A stretch of 64,000 nt of DNA from a virus. Taxonomy: Duplodnaviria > Caudoviricetes. The notes beneath the pieces were generated by a model that worked only from the letters and a program-made list of their open reading frames with translations, was not told the DNA's origin and did not search any database. Each line of letters starts with the position of its first letter. Position 1 is the first letter of the stretch. Shown here piece after piece: positions 19,623 through 28,990 of the stretch. A program made the translations under genes and the position numbers. The stretch lies in the IMG/VR virus record IMGVR_UViG_3300042875_000410. The stretch is one strand, 5' to 3'.

Positions 19623-20692
19623 TTGATCATCTCCAGTAATTTATTTGCACTAAAGAATAGTTCTGTTAAATCAGCTGCCTGCTTGCGAACCTGCGGCACC
19701 CGCTTGTCATAATGAGACATAGTAACAATAATGTGATGACATAATTCTTGTCTATGTGCTAGGTAACTGTTCCAGTCCTTAGTCCACTCACTAGGATATT
19801 TGAATCCTTCATAATACATTTCACTATAACTTAATCTATCCGGCACCATAGGTATAGCATCTACTAATGCACCTTCGTAGCAACTAATACCCAGTGTCTC
19901 TTGCAAATTTGCACTGAAAATAATCTTAGCACGACCTAGCAACTTGTGATATTCATGCTTGTCCAACTGCGTATCTTGACACACAATAAATTCATATTGT
20001 GGTAAGTGTGTAGCCAAGTCACGGAAAATTTCAACCTGTTTCTCTGGAGCAATACGATGTGGGAACAAGATAAGATCATGCTTGGAACTGGTGTTATAGT
20101 TCTCTAAGGTATCAGCCATATATTCCATGGGCCACCCTGTACGAACAATTTGCTTGTCCTGCATATAACGCATAGAACCTGTTCGGAAATCAATACCTAA
20201 CAAATTTTCCATAAACATTTCAATATGAAATTTTGTTGCAAAATAGTTGTGATCAAATGCGTGGAAGAAACTCTTTTCGGCGTGTCTAACCCAGGGCCTG
20301 TTGCCAACAAGACGACCTAGGAAGTCTTGAGGGTCATAACTACCGGCGTGCCATAGTCCATGTGTTGTTACTGGAATACCCAGCAACTCACTCATATACT
20401 TGAGATTGATGATACCAGGGTGCCAAGCATCAGTAAATATAAAATGATCACCTGCATGAACGGCTCCGTCGCAAAATAGCCGACCCATCTGCTCAACCTG
20501 CCGAGCTTTGTAGATGTTTGTGCCGCCAAAATTAAGAAAAGCCCCAGGGGTAGTAGCACTAGGAATATCTGTGGGACCAGAGATAATTTGAACATTGTGT
20601 CCTGCCTTTTTAAGTAGATCAGGTACATGAGTCTTCCATTGACCCGTATACCTTGTCTCGACAGATTCTAAATCAACGAGAAAAATTGTCAT
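19619..20692 (-). CDS. GT-B fold glycosyltransferase (GT4-like)
   Basis: FPHRIAPEKQ, AKIIFSANLQETLGIS..EG...IPMVP. Confidence 0.8.
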   Translation of the reverse strand: MTIFLVDLESVETRYTGQWKTHVPDLLKKAGHNVQIISGPTDIPSATTPGAFLNFGGTNIYKARQVEQMGRLFCDGAVHAGDHFIFTDAWHPGIINLKYMSELLGIPVTTHGLWHAGSYDPQDFLGRLVGNRPWVRHAEKSFFHAFDHNYFATKFHIEMFMENLLGIDFRTGSMRYMQDKQIVRTGWPMEYMADTLENYNTSSKHDLILFPHRIAPEKQVEIFRDLATHLPQYEFIVCQDTQLDKHEYHKLLGRAKIIFSANLQETLGISCYEGALVDAIPMVPDRLSYSEMYYEGFKYPSEWTKDWNSYLAHRQELCHHIIVTMSHYDKRVPQVRKQAADLTELFFSANKLLEMIK

Positions 20693-20915
20693 TGTTTTGG
20701 CCTCTAGGCTTATAATCCTTGCGGTAGTTTTTACGATCGCCCTGATAAGGAGGACGAGAAAAATACCTGTATTCCTGTGACCTATACAAGTCTGAAGGGT
20801 TATAAGGAAGGAGGTTAAATCTGCAATGATCTAACCAAGCATCGAGATCATCAAAGATCTTTTCAACTTCGGGTTTCATACGAAGAGTTTTCTGAATGTA
20901 GGCAGGTTGTGCCAT
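20673..20915 (-). CDS. Hypothetical protein
   Basis: Tiled ORF with AAAGG SD. Confidence 0.5.
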   Translation of the reverse strand: MAQPAYIQKTLRMKPEVEKIFDDLDAWLDHCRFNLLPYNPSDLYRSQEYRYFSRPPYQGDRKNYRKDYKPRGQNNDNFSR

Positions 20916-20921
20916 AATGTT

Positions 20922-21323
20922 TTACCTTTGTGTAGTATTAAAGGGTTGAGGAAATTTAATGAAGCAGCCATTCTCGCCGTCTTCACTTACGTCAATCCAG
21001 ATCTCACGACCTGGATATCTTGCCGAAATGGTTCCATGAAGATCACGGCTTATCATTTCACAGGATTTGTGGTTAAGTTCGAGTGTACCATCTGCATAGC
21101 AGTGCTCTAACCAACGCTTAAACTGAATAAACTCAATATCACGATCATCGTGAAATACTTGAATATAGATTTTAAAATGGAAAATGTGACGGTGCGGAGT
21201 ACCGAGGAAACTAACATCGTACATGTTGCCTGTGGCAAGTTTGGGGTCTGTAGCCGCAGCCGGATACATATGAACACCCTCCTTACGAAAGGTGACCCAA
21301 ATCATATTAAGTTCTTGATTCAT
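20922..21323 (-). CDS. QueD/6-pyruvoyl-tetrahydropterin-synthase-like T-fold protein
   Basis: H...HRHIFHF zinc-ligand pattern, SCEMI, VSEDGENG (echoes the QueD C-terminal V-x-E motif); lies in the deazaguanine cluster. Confidence 0.6.
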   Translation of the reverse strand: MNQELNMIWVTFRKEGVHMYPAAATDPKLATGNMYDVSFLGTPHRHIFHFKIYIQVFHDDRDIEFIQFKRWLEHCYADGTLELNHKSCEMISRDLHGTISARYPGREIWIDVSEDGENGCFIKFPQPFNTTQR

Positions 21324-21496
21324 TACTGTGCTTTAACCTTTGTGGTTTTTTTAGCGGGTGCCGATTTTTCAGGAAGATTATCTTTCATCATATTATAGAT
21401 TTCCCATAACTTCCAGTCAATGCTTTCGAGCAATTTAAATAATTTTTCTTCTGAACTTTGTTGATTTGCTTGTTTTGTAACTTTAGAGTTAATCAT
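21323..21496 (-). CDS. Small hypothetical protein (57 aa, absent from the ORF track)
   Basis: Manual translation MINSKVTKQ...SIDWKLWEIYNMMK...KVKAQ; overlaps both flanking genes. Confidence 0.6.
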   Translation of the reverse strand: MINSKVTKQANQQSSEEKLFKLLESIDWKLWEIYNMMKDNLPEKSAPAKKTTKVKAQ

Positions 21497-22005
21497 TTTA
21501 TTACCTTGTCGTTTTTATATTGTGCCCAGTCTGTAAACTTACTACGATCCATTAGTGTGTGTAGACTGTGGGACCATACACCGGGATTAGTTGCCTTAAA
21601 ATCTTTGTCGTCAATCTTTAACATAGTGTTATAGTTCCAAAGACGAATGTAAGGAATAGGTACACGAATTTGTGGAATAAAATTATCACGCTCGCAAAGC
21701 CCGCCTTCGTGGAATTCTTCTACTTGGTGAATTGGAATATCCAATGAACACAGGTATTCTTTATCAAGGAAGAACATAATCATTTCTTCCCAGACTTTGT
21801 GTTCTTCGTAAGTTTGTGGATTATAACTATGATTTGCGCCAAAGAAAATATGCTCGCAACCTTGCAAGTTTAGTGCAATATGCTCGCTAGATTGAACTCC
21901 TGTAACAAACAATGTTTTCATGCCGTATGCAGGAGTGTGCTCAACTTCAGTACCAGTAAAGAAAATTACATCTTCACTAATACCTGTATCGTAATCACGC
22001 TTCAT
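21493..22005 (-). CDS. Hypothetical protein in the base-modification cluster
   Basis: Globular ORF (EVEHTP, HIFFGANHS); family not recognised. Confidence 0.55.
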   Translation of the reverse strand: MKRDYDTGISEDVIFFTGTEVEHTPAYGMKTLFVTGVQSSEHIALNLQGCEHIFFGANHSYNPQTYEEHKVWEEMIMFFLDKEYLCSLDIPIHQVEEFHEGGLCERDNFIPQIRVPIPYIRLWNYNTMLKIDDKDFKATNPGVWSHSLHTLMDRSKFTDWAQYKNDKVIK

Positions 22006-22279
22006 TTTTCTTCTTACGTTTAGTTTTAGTAGTATTAACTTTAACAGAATTCTCGTACTCTGTCAAGGCTTTTTGGACATCTCTGAGTAATGCCTCATCG
22101 TCCCATTCTAAAACAGTTTTACCGTCTGGAAATGTAGTAACAGTTAAATGACTGCCTTTTACCACAGTGGGATCATTTGGAAATGTTAATCTAGCACTGC
22201 CAATAGTACCGGGCATTTCCATAGACTCTGATATTTCGGCAGACATAATAATGTCTGTTTTCTTTTTACCTGTTGCCAT
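21995..22279 (-). CDS. Hypothetical protein
   Basis: AAGGA SD; tiled. Confidence 0.5.
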   Translation of the reverse strand: MATGKKKTDIIMSAEISESMEMPGTIGSARLTFPNDPTVVKGSHLTVTTFPDGKTVLEWDDEALLRDVQKALTEYENSVKVNTTKTKRKKKNEA

Positions 22280-22280
22280 A

Positions 22281-22484
22281 TTATTCCTTAAAATAACTTT
22301 CCATTATGTCCAACTTGTCTTGATATTCAGCAATCAATGCTACTTCTTTTTCAATAGCATCCATTAAGTCAGTATGGTCATGTAGTGCCATGGGATTGCT
22401 CAACATAATGTCTACATTCATTTTGTGCTTGAAAATGTGTGCTTTAAAATGGTGTTTTAATACGCTAATAATTTCTTGTCTCAT
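22281..22484 (-). CDS. Hypothetical protein
   Basis: AGGAG SD; ATGA overlap. Confidence 0.5.
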   Translation of the reverse strand: MRQEIISVLKHHFKAHIFKHKMNVDIMLSNPMALHDHTDLMDAIEKEVALIAEYQDKLDIMESYFKE

Positions 22485-24139
22485 TCTATATCTCCTAATG
22501 TGCCTTCTTCAAGTTTTCGTAGTTCGTCGTCATCTGGGTTAGCAAGATCAATTTCTTCAACCTTAGTAACTTCTTCAATTTCGAACAAGTTATTAAACTT
22601 GTTTTGAGCAGGACCGCCTTGTAGTCGAGCACCTTCTAAACTACGCAGGAATGGACCAGCTTGTTCGATCATTGCAAATGCATCTGCTTTAGTAGCAGTA
22701 TTAAATAAGTCTTCAACAAAGCTGTTGAAGTATAAGATATTACGGGGAACCCAATCACTAAACTCATCGCTCATATCCTGTCCCTTGACTTTCTTCCATT
22801 GCTTCCAAGTCAGCTTGTCTTTAGATTTAGCAATCTCAATGTCCATTAATTGTTGAGCACGTTGAACAGCAACAATATGACATTCGACATTATGTCCCAT
22901 CATCAATGCATAGGCAAAGCTATCCCAACTTGTTCTATTTGGAATCTTACCTAATTTGTTAAGTCTAGGTACAACATGGTAGTGTTCTGGTTCTAAATGG
23001 TTAAATTCAATTTTTCCACCACGTGGACCAAAACCTAATTCTTCGTCTGTTTTACGAACGCCTAAATCGTAGTAGGCAATGTCAGCCATTGTTAGTCTGC
23101 GACCGATTGACGATTCGAAAGGGAACGGGATATCTGATCCTGATAGTGCTTTGTTATCTGGTGCCTTGTCCATAATAACACTCCACCTTTTTGGCGTGTG
23201 GACTGCGTTTGTGTAGACAAGTCCGTGCGCTGTTGCAATGAACGGTGAGGCGCAGTCAAAAGATATGGTAATTTCTTCATTGATGTGTTTCCTGATTTGT
23301 CTTTGAATTAAAGTTAAGTAGCAACTCCAGTCAAGTTGCGCTGTACCCAAGAAGTGGATCCAGTTTTTGCCCTTCAGCAAACCATCTTCTCTAAGTGTCA
23401 TTAAACGCTTGAGAGTAATATCCATCTTGCACATGTTAGCACCACCAAAGGCCCAACCTTCTGCTTCACGCCCTGCATACTTACCTGCCGGGTCGCTAAA
23501 TTCTTTTACACCTGCATACCACTTTTCAGCAGTGTCCCAATCACTACCTTGCAGAACGTTGAGCCATTTAGTTTGACCCATTCTGTTCATCAAAAAGTAA
23601 TCGTTATTGTATCGAGTCTTATCTAAGCAGTCATCAAATGTCTTTAGTCCAGTTTTAGGACTGTGAATGTGATCACATGCCCATGTTGGAACGTCTAGCA
23701 TCATTGACCAATCGGCTGTGACTTCGAGCCACTCGAGAATCTTCTGACGAGTCTTAGTAGCTTCCTTGCCTTCAAAGTCTAACCAGTCAAACTTAAGAAC
23801 ACCCTTACCAATCTGGTATCCACCTGAGTCGCCTAAGATCATAGTGTTATTACGATCACGCTGTTGAATCATGGACTCTTGTTCTAAACTCTTAGTAAGA
23901 TCTAATTGTGCATGACCCGCAGAGTACAGACCGTATTTGTAAGTAAAGTATCCTTGTTCAGGATTTAAAAAGTTCATACCTTCGATACCACGATCAAAAC
24001 CTGCAGGAATACGATCTGTTGGTACGAATTCACCTAGTCGTTGTTTAGCAACATAGGTACTGTAGAAACTACTAATTGCAGGCAAATAGACTGCATAGTC
24101 TTTCTGTAATGGTGTTAGGTTAACTTGTTGTTTCGTCAT
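22481..24139 (-). CDS. dpdA: DNA 7-deazaguanine transglycosylase, DpdA2-like (TGT fold)
   Basis: TGT catalytic motif LGDSGGYQ, MMLDVP, LNVLQG, GWAFGG, IHFLG, SFDCASP; neighbours queE and queD-like. Confidence 0.8.
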   Translation of the reverse strand: MTKQQVNLTPLQKDYAVYLPAISSFYSTYVAKQRLGEFVPTDRIPAGFDRGIEGMNFLNPEQGYFTYKYGLYSAGHAQLDLTKSLEQESMIQQRDRNNTMILGDSGGYQIGKGVLKFDWLDFEGKEATKTRQKILEWLEVTADWSMMLDVPTWACDHIHSPKTGLKTFDDCLDKTRYNNDYFLMNRMGQTKWLNVLQGSDWDTAEKWYAGVKEFSDPAGKYAGREAEGWAFGGANMCKMDITLKRLMTLREDGLLKGKNWIHFLGTAQLDWSCYLTLIQRQIRKHINEEITISFDCASPFIATAHGLVYTNAVHTPKRWSVIMDKAPDNKALSGSDIPFPFESSIGRRLTMADIAYYDLGVRKTDEELGFGPRGGKIEFNHLEPEHYHVVPRLNKLGKIPNRTSWDSFAYALMMGHNVECHIVAVQRAQQLMDIEIAKSKDKLTWKQWKKVKGQDMSDEFSDWVPRNILYFNSFVEDLFNTATKADAFAMIEQAGPFLRSLEGARLQGGPAQNKFNNLFEIEEVTKVEEIDLANPDDDELRKLEEGTLGDIE

Positions 24140-24491
24140 GTTCTTTACTTAATATTATTGTAGCATCTAGTTGTATCTTGGCTTTCTTTAAATTACCCAA
24201 GGCAATGTTAATAGCAGGGTGTTCTTTAGCCAATACTTCGAGCTGCAATTCTTCGTCACGCTTTTTTCGTGCCCAGTCAAGTAATGCTTCTGCCTCACTA
24301 GTTAATGCTACATTGGCAAAGTTTGAAGATACTTCTTTCCAAACTTGCCCGTCGTATACTTCTATGGTATTGATATTTGTATTATAGCGCAACATTCCCG
24401 CAGATTGCCCACCGGAAGGAATGTACGGATTCATTGGACTACCTCCTTGTACCTGGAGATATCGACCTGAATGAGCTATTCCTTTTATCAT
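24120..24491 (-). CDS. Hypothetical protein
   Basis: GMLRYNT...IEVYDGQVW motif plus a coiled-coil C-half. Confidence 0.5.
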   Translation of the reverse strand: MIKGIAHSGRYLQVQGGSPMNPYIPSGGQSAGMLRYNTNINTIEVYDGQVWKEVSSNFANVALTSEAEALLDWARKKRDEELQLEVLAKEHPAINIALGNLKKAKIQLDATIILSKEHDETTS

Positions 24492-25222
24492 GTCTGTGCA
24501 GGAATGATATACTTGTAAGTAGCTAAACCGCTGTCAAGTGTAATCTGTAGAGCACCTTCGTTGCTTAAACTCATCATAGTATTATTAACATCTGATGCTT
24601 TAAGAATTGCAAGTACGGGAGCAACAGGCCAAGTCCATCCTTTATTTAGGTTGCCGGTGACACCTGTAGCAAAAATAAATTCACCACCGTGGCTTGCTTG
24701 ATCACCAAAAGTAAACTTCAACTTGTCACCATCTGTCTTAGCCAAGAAAGTTGTGTGCTCATTGTTAGCGGCTGCTTGAAACGCAAATCTTTGCACACTA
24801 GCTAAACTTGGAGCAACTTCAACATCCCACTTAACACCACGGAACTTAACAGTCTTTAACTTTTCGTTAATGATTTCAGTGTTCATAAAGCGGTAGTCAT
24901 TCTTAAAGTCGCCCCCTTTGTTTTCAAAGTGTAGGCCTGTTGGAATTTCTTCACCGTTGCGATCTTGTTTAACAACTTCAATCTTTGCATCTTCTTTGTA
25001 TTCTGGGCAATCTAGCAAATACTTTAATTTGTTCATTTGCGGCATACCAAAAACGCCAGTCATGTCTGCTTGCGGGCTAGCAGTTTCACCATACATAATA
25101 ACTGTACGGTCATCGGCCATACTGTCGATAGTGGTCTTTTTATCGTCGCCTGTAATTTTAACGATGTTTAAGAAGCCCAGGCTATGTGTGTGGCTTACGA
25201 TGTCTTGTAGAATGTCTTTCAT
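24488..25222 (-). CDS. DNA sliding clamp (gp45/PCNA-like)
   Basis: 244 aa two-domain size; directly downstream of the polymerase; C-terminal ITLDSGLATYKYIIPA resembles PCNA/gp45 termini; a clamp loader gene is also in the window. Confidence 0.65.
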   Translation of the reverse strand: MKDILQDIVSHTHSLGFLNIVKITGDDKKTTIDSMADDRTVIMYGETASPQADMTGVFGMPQMNKLKYLLDCPEYKEDAKIEVVKQDRNGEEIPTGLHFENKGGDFKNDYRFMNTEIINEKLKTVKFRGVKWDVEVAPSLASVQRFAFQAAANNEHTTFLAKTDGDKLKFTFGDQASHGGEFIFATGVTGNLNKGWTWPVAPVLAILKASDVNNTMMSLSNEGALQITLDSGLATYKYIIPAQT

Positions 25223-25239
25223 ATTAATTCCTTTTGTTT

Positions 25240-25268
25240 AGTTTATTTAGATTTGCGAGTAAAGTCAA
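25240..25268 (-). promoter_or_regulatory. Sigma70 promoter of the clamp gene with overlapping TAAATA
   Basis: TTGACT-17 nt-TAAACT; TAAATA at 25244-25249. Confidence 0.55.
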
Positions 25269-25277
25269 TGATTATTT

Positions 25278-27950
25278 TCAATCAAAGGAAAATAATTTGC
25301 CAAAGGTATTGTCTTGGGTAGTTGATTCTAAATCCCAATCCAGCACACCGATGAGGTTGTCCAGTTTGTTGTTAATGATAGCAGTTTCCATTTCGCTGTG
25401 ATCGAATGGCAGGTCTTGGAACCATTTAGGTAATCGCATCTCATCGACCGGATAAGCAATGGATGTGTAGCCTAATGGATTGTCTTTAACTTTACAAACA
25501 ATGACCTTCATGCCGTCAACAATGCCCATTGAGTATTTGTCACCGTTCATGCGTTTTAGCGTATTCCAGTTAATAGCAGCACGGACATGCCCTGGCATAT
25601 TAGCCTTGCCTTGTTTAGCTTCCTTGGCTTGATACTCTGTGATGTTGTTAGCTCGTTTGGGACTACCCTTCTCCCAACCTGGACGGGCTTTGAACTCAGT
25701 CCGGAACGCACTGATCATTTCTAGAATTTCTTGTTCCTCTGCACCATTCAGTACTCGAGTAAGAACTTCTTCTAAGAACTTTTGCATAAATTCGGGAGTA
25801 TCACTACGCTTAAGATCTAGACCCATAGCTTTGATCTTACCTGGCTTACCGTCAGTGTCCTGTCTCTTACCATCTTTGTCGTAATACAATACTGCATAAC
25901 GTTTCTTGGTAATGAACAGGCCTTTAACAGCAACAATTTCTCGCCCACCTTTGATAACCTCACCGCGTGTCTTTGGGCAATGAAATGCATCCAACATGAA
26001 CTGCGGGAATGTTGCATTTACGTTTTCGGCAATCTGATCATACAACTGAATAACAACATCTCTATCCCAAGGGATTAGCTTTTTGTTAATATCAGTCTTT
26101 AGCGTATTATAAGCTGAGAAGTAGCAACTGTCAGTATCACCGTAGATAATACTCTTACCTACGTGATCAAACTCACCGGTAATCATTTCATTGACTTTGC
26201 CTGCCATATGCTTGGCAATCTGCCTGCCAACAAGTGTAGTGGACTGCCCAATACGCTTATCAAAGAATCTGCAACCAGGATTCAAAATAGCACCATACAA
26301 ACTATTCAAGTTAATCTTCTTGACCAACTGTCGCTTGTCCCAATACTCTTCTTCGATCTTGTTACCTGCTTCGATAGCTGCCTTGAGCTTCTTCTGCATA
26401 TCTTTACGTTCAGCATACCATCGCTTTAACAGTCCAGGAATAATGCCTTCATGTTCATAGGTAAAGATAGTGCCGTTGGCGCTTAACATCCAAGGTTGAT
26501 TACTGTCAAAGATTAACTTATATGCTTCAGCTGCACTCATAATATCACTTTGATCGTTTTCCCAATCAACTGTAATTTCAAATGCACGGTCCTGTTGCAT
26601 AACTGCTTCATACTCTAGGCTACCAAACATACCTTCCCAAGCCGCCGCAAATGATTTTTTATGAACCATCATTTGTTCATCGATATGTTGATCTGTCCTG
26701 TCCTGACGTAACTGACCGATGATAGTTTCTGGACCCATGTTGAGCGCACGAATAGCTGACGGATACAATGAGTTAATGTCAATAGATCCGATCCAGTCGT
26801 GGATACCTTTCTTGGGATATGCAACATAAGCACCTGCTGCCTGATTATTTGCGTCCTCGTCACGTTTGGCACGATTGGGCACAATGAGACCACGGTGGTG
26901 GGCTTCGTTTACAATAGCCTGTTCAGTTACAGCAACTGCACCCATTGTGGTCTGTAATAGCACCGTACATTCGTGTGCCAGTGTGTTAGCAAGATCGATA
27001 AACTTTAGTTTCTTATCCAGCTTGTCTAACAATGCGGTATCTTGTCTGTTGTACTCAATGAACTTACGGAAGTCATTGTTATATAACTGATCAAGTGTAC
27101 CTTCATAGTGAGTCTTGCTCTCGCCTACTTCCATCTCTCCAATGGCATCCAGTCGGTAAGTGTGTCGCTCTTCATATGTGTATTTGCGGTACAGCTCGAG
27201 ACTGTCCAGATGAACACGACCAACCAGATCATAAGTAACAGCCGCTTTTCCATATTTTTCGTACTCTCTCTTCTTGGGAAATTGACCCCACAGACAAAAT
27301 CTACGAGTGTCTTCTTTACTCAGTGCTTTGATAACTCTGTTAACTGTGTAAGGGATATCATAGCCTTCACTGTTCCATCCACTGAGAATGTCAGCATCTT
27401 GAATGAGATCCAAAAACGCATCTAACATCTCTGCTTCAGTTTCAAACAGATGTGTATTAGGAAAGTCCTTAACTAACGCTGTTGCTTGCTCCATTGTCAG
27501 GGTCTTTGGAGGAACAGCAAAGCAGACCAGTGTGTCTAACCATTGTAGGTGAACAGCAATCGATGTAATAGGCATGAAAGCATCCTCGGGGGTGCTATAA
27601 CCTCTTTCAGGATCAAAGTCCACCTCAATGTCGAAGAACGCCACATTGAGTTTAGGCGGTTCGTGATTGAGATAGTTTTCTTCTAGGGTTTTGAATACAG
27701 TGTTGATGTCTGATTCATACAGTCTGTGGCTGCTGTGGATCCGTTGTTCTTTTTGAAAGTCTTTGTAGGACCTTGTGACAACTTTATTTAGATTTTCACC
27801 GTAAATTGATTTGTATTTTCCGCGTTGATCGGGATAATAAAATGTATATCTTGCAGGAAACTCCTGAAAGATTCTGCCTTTCTTTAGATCACGCTCAACG
27901 ACATGCACAATGTCTTTGTCGCGATCCCACATGGCATCGACGTAGCTCAT
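25278..27950 (-). CDS. Family B DNA polymerase (T4 gp43-like); probable start is the ATG at 27950
   Basis: Exo I FDIEVD, Exo II WNSEGYDIPY, Exo III YNRQD; pol motifs DINSLYPS, KINLNSLYG, YGDTDS; AAGGAG SD precedes MSYVDA. Confidence 0.97.
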   Translation of the reverse strand: MSYVDAMWDRDKDIVHVVERDLKKGRIFQEFPARYTFYYPDQRGKYKSIYGENLNKVVTRSYKDFQKEQRIHSSHRLYESDINTVFKTLEENYLNHEPPKLNVAFFDIEVDFDPERGYSTPEDAFMPITSIAVHLQWLDTLVCFAVPPKTLTMEQATALVKDFPNTHLFETEAEMLDAFLDLIQDADILSGWNSEGYDIPYTVNRVIKALSKEDTRRFCLWGQFPKKREYEKYGKAAVTYDLVGRVHLDSLELYRKYTYEERHTYRLDAIGEMEVGESKTHYEGTLDQLYNNDFRKFIEYNRQDTALLDKLDKKLKFIDLANTLAHECTVLLQTTMGAVAVTEQAIVNEAHHRGLIVPNRAKRDEDANNQAAGAYVAYPKKGIHDWIGSIDINSLYPSAIRALNMGPETIIGQLRQDRTDQHIDEQMMVHKKSFAAAWEGMFGSLEYEAVMQQDRAFEITVDWENDQSDIMSAAEAYKLIFDSNQPWMLSANGTIFTYEHEGIIPGLLKRWYAERKDMQKKLKAAIEAGNKIEEEYWDKRQLVKKINLNSLYGAILNPGCRFFDKRIGQSTTLVGRQIAKHMAGKVNEMITGEFDHVGKSIIYGDTDSCYFSAYNTLKTDINKKLIPWDRDVVIQLYDQIAENVNATFPQFMLDAFHCPKTRGEVIKGGREIVAVKGLFITKKRYAVLYYDKDGKRQDTDGKPGKIKAMGLDLKRSDTPEFMQKFLEEVLTRVLNGAEEQEILEMISAFRTEFKARPGWEKGSPKRANNITEYQAKEAKQGKANMPGHVRAAINWNTLKRMNGDKYSMGIVDGMKVIVCKVKDNPLGYTSIAYPVDEMRLPKWFQDLPFDHSEMETAIINNKLDNLIGVLDWDLESTTQDNTFGKLFSFD

Positions 27951-27960
27951 ATAGTTCTCC

Positions 27961-27980
27961 TTACCGCTTATGGCCGGCAA
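27961..27980 (-). promoter_or_regulatory. Hairpin abutting the polymerase SD (candidate translational operator)
   Basis: UUGCCG-GCCAUAAG-CGGUAA directly followed by GGAGAACUAUAUG. Confidence 0.4.
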
Positions 27981-28019
27981 CCGTTCTTGTGATCATTTAT
28001 AGCTGATCAAACTTTTCTC

Positions 28020-28319
28020 TTATATATTTAACAATCTAATATAGCCGATGACGTCTATAGTGACTAACAGTAGGTAGTTGGCTACCATACCTGTGCTCTT
28101 TCGAGTCCATGATGCCCATGCAAAAATTGCACATTGCAAAATAAATATCGGATACAGATAGAAAAACAGCGGATCAGTTGCACCTGCTGCCAATGTCAGA
28201 GAGCAGCCTAAACTCATTAACCATGCTGAAATTTCTAACGAAAATCGGACAGGCCATTCTCGATAGTCATTCCTGGCCCAGTTGTACACGTTTCCAAGTA
28301 CAGTTGTAAGTCTAGTCAT
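28020..28319 (-). CDS. Small membrane protein
   Basis: Three hydrophobic segments. Confidence 0.55.
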   Translation of the reverse strand: MTRLTTVLGNVYNWARNDYREWPVRFSLEISAWLMSLGCSLTLAAGATDPLFFYLYPIFILQCAIFAWASWTRKSTGMVANYLLLVTIDVIGYIRLLNI

Positions 28320-28672
28320 TAATCTGCCTGTCTTGTAATAAAATTTACCCTAATTTTTTTAGGATTAAAATATTTTGTTACTACATTCTGTGCAGTTAGC
28401 AAATCAAACTCTTTACAACTAAAAATATCAAAGTATGCAGTTCCGTCGAGTTCCATAAAATGACCACAAATATTACTTGTAGTTATTAGCTGCATTAAGC
28501 TGTAACCTTGTTTTGAATCTCCAGGTAACAAATATTCGATTATAGGTTCTCCGTACGCGACCATGTCGATCTTGTCAACAAGGTCTTTTACAAAATTATA
28601 AATGTTATCTTTGCAGTGAATTTGTTCACAACCACTACAATCTAACATTAAATGATATCCCCAGTGGCTCAT
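28319..28672 (-). CDS. speD: Pyruvoyl-dependent S-adenosylmethionine decarboxylase-like protein
   Basis: GYHLMLDCSGC, GYSLMQLITTSNI (self-cleavage Ser in TSN, usually ESH), DIFSCK. Confidence 0.8.
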   Translation of the reverse strand: MSHWGYHLMLDCSGCEQIHCKDNIYNFVKDLVDKIDMVAYGEPIIEYLLPGDSKQGYSLMQLITTSNICGHFMELDGTAYFDIFSCKEFDLLTAQNVVTKYFNPKKIRVNFITRQAD

Positions 28673-28941
28673 TAGTCTTCACGACGATTAGCGTGACCTG
28701 CAATATCGACAATAGTTTCAAGATCGTCGAATTCACGGAACACTTGATCCCATTGATCTTTCTGTGCAATTTTGATTGCTTTGCGAATAACACTAGGTTT
28801 TACCTCTAGTTCTTCTGCCACTGCTTTGATAGTTTCATTCAAACCTTCAGTGAGGTCTTGAATTTCCTGCATAACAGTCATACCTTCGGATACGATCTGT
28901 TTGATTTTTGCCTGTTCTGGTGCGCCAAATGCTTTTCCCAT
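28672..28941 (-). CDS. T4 DsbA-like double-stranded DNA-binding protein
   Basis: 89 aa helical pattern (IKAVAEELEVKPSVIRKAIKIAQKD) parallels T4 DsbA; replication context. Confidence 0.65.
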   Translation of the reverse strand: MGKAFGAPEQAKIKQIVSEGMTVMQEIQDLTEGLNETIKAVAEELEVKPSVIRKAIKIAQKDQWDQVFREFDDLETIVDIAGHANRRED

Positions 28942-28961
28942 AATATCTCCTGTGAGTATAT

Positions 28962-28990
28962 AGTATACAGGGTTGTGATTACAAGGTCAA
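28962..28990 (-). promoter_or_regulatory. Sigma70-type promoter
   Basis: TTGACC-17 nt-TATACT, then AGGAGA SD. Confidence 0.65.

Noticed and set aside
25278-27980. Intein or intron in the DNA polymerase; N-terminal MPAISGKENY extension
   Set aside because: Motif spacing and length are normal; the extension is simply the SD/hairpin region read from a TTG.
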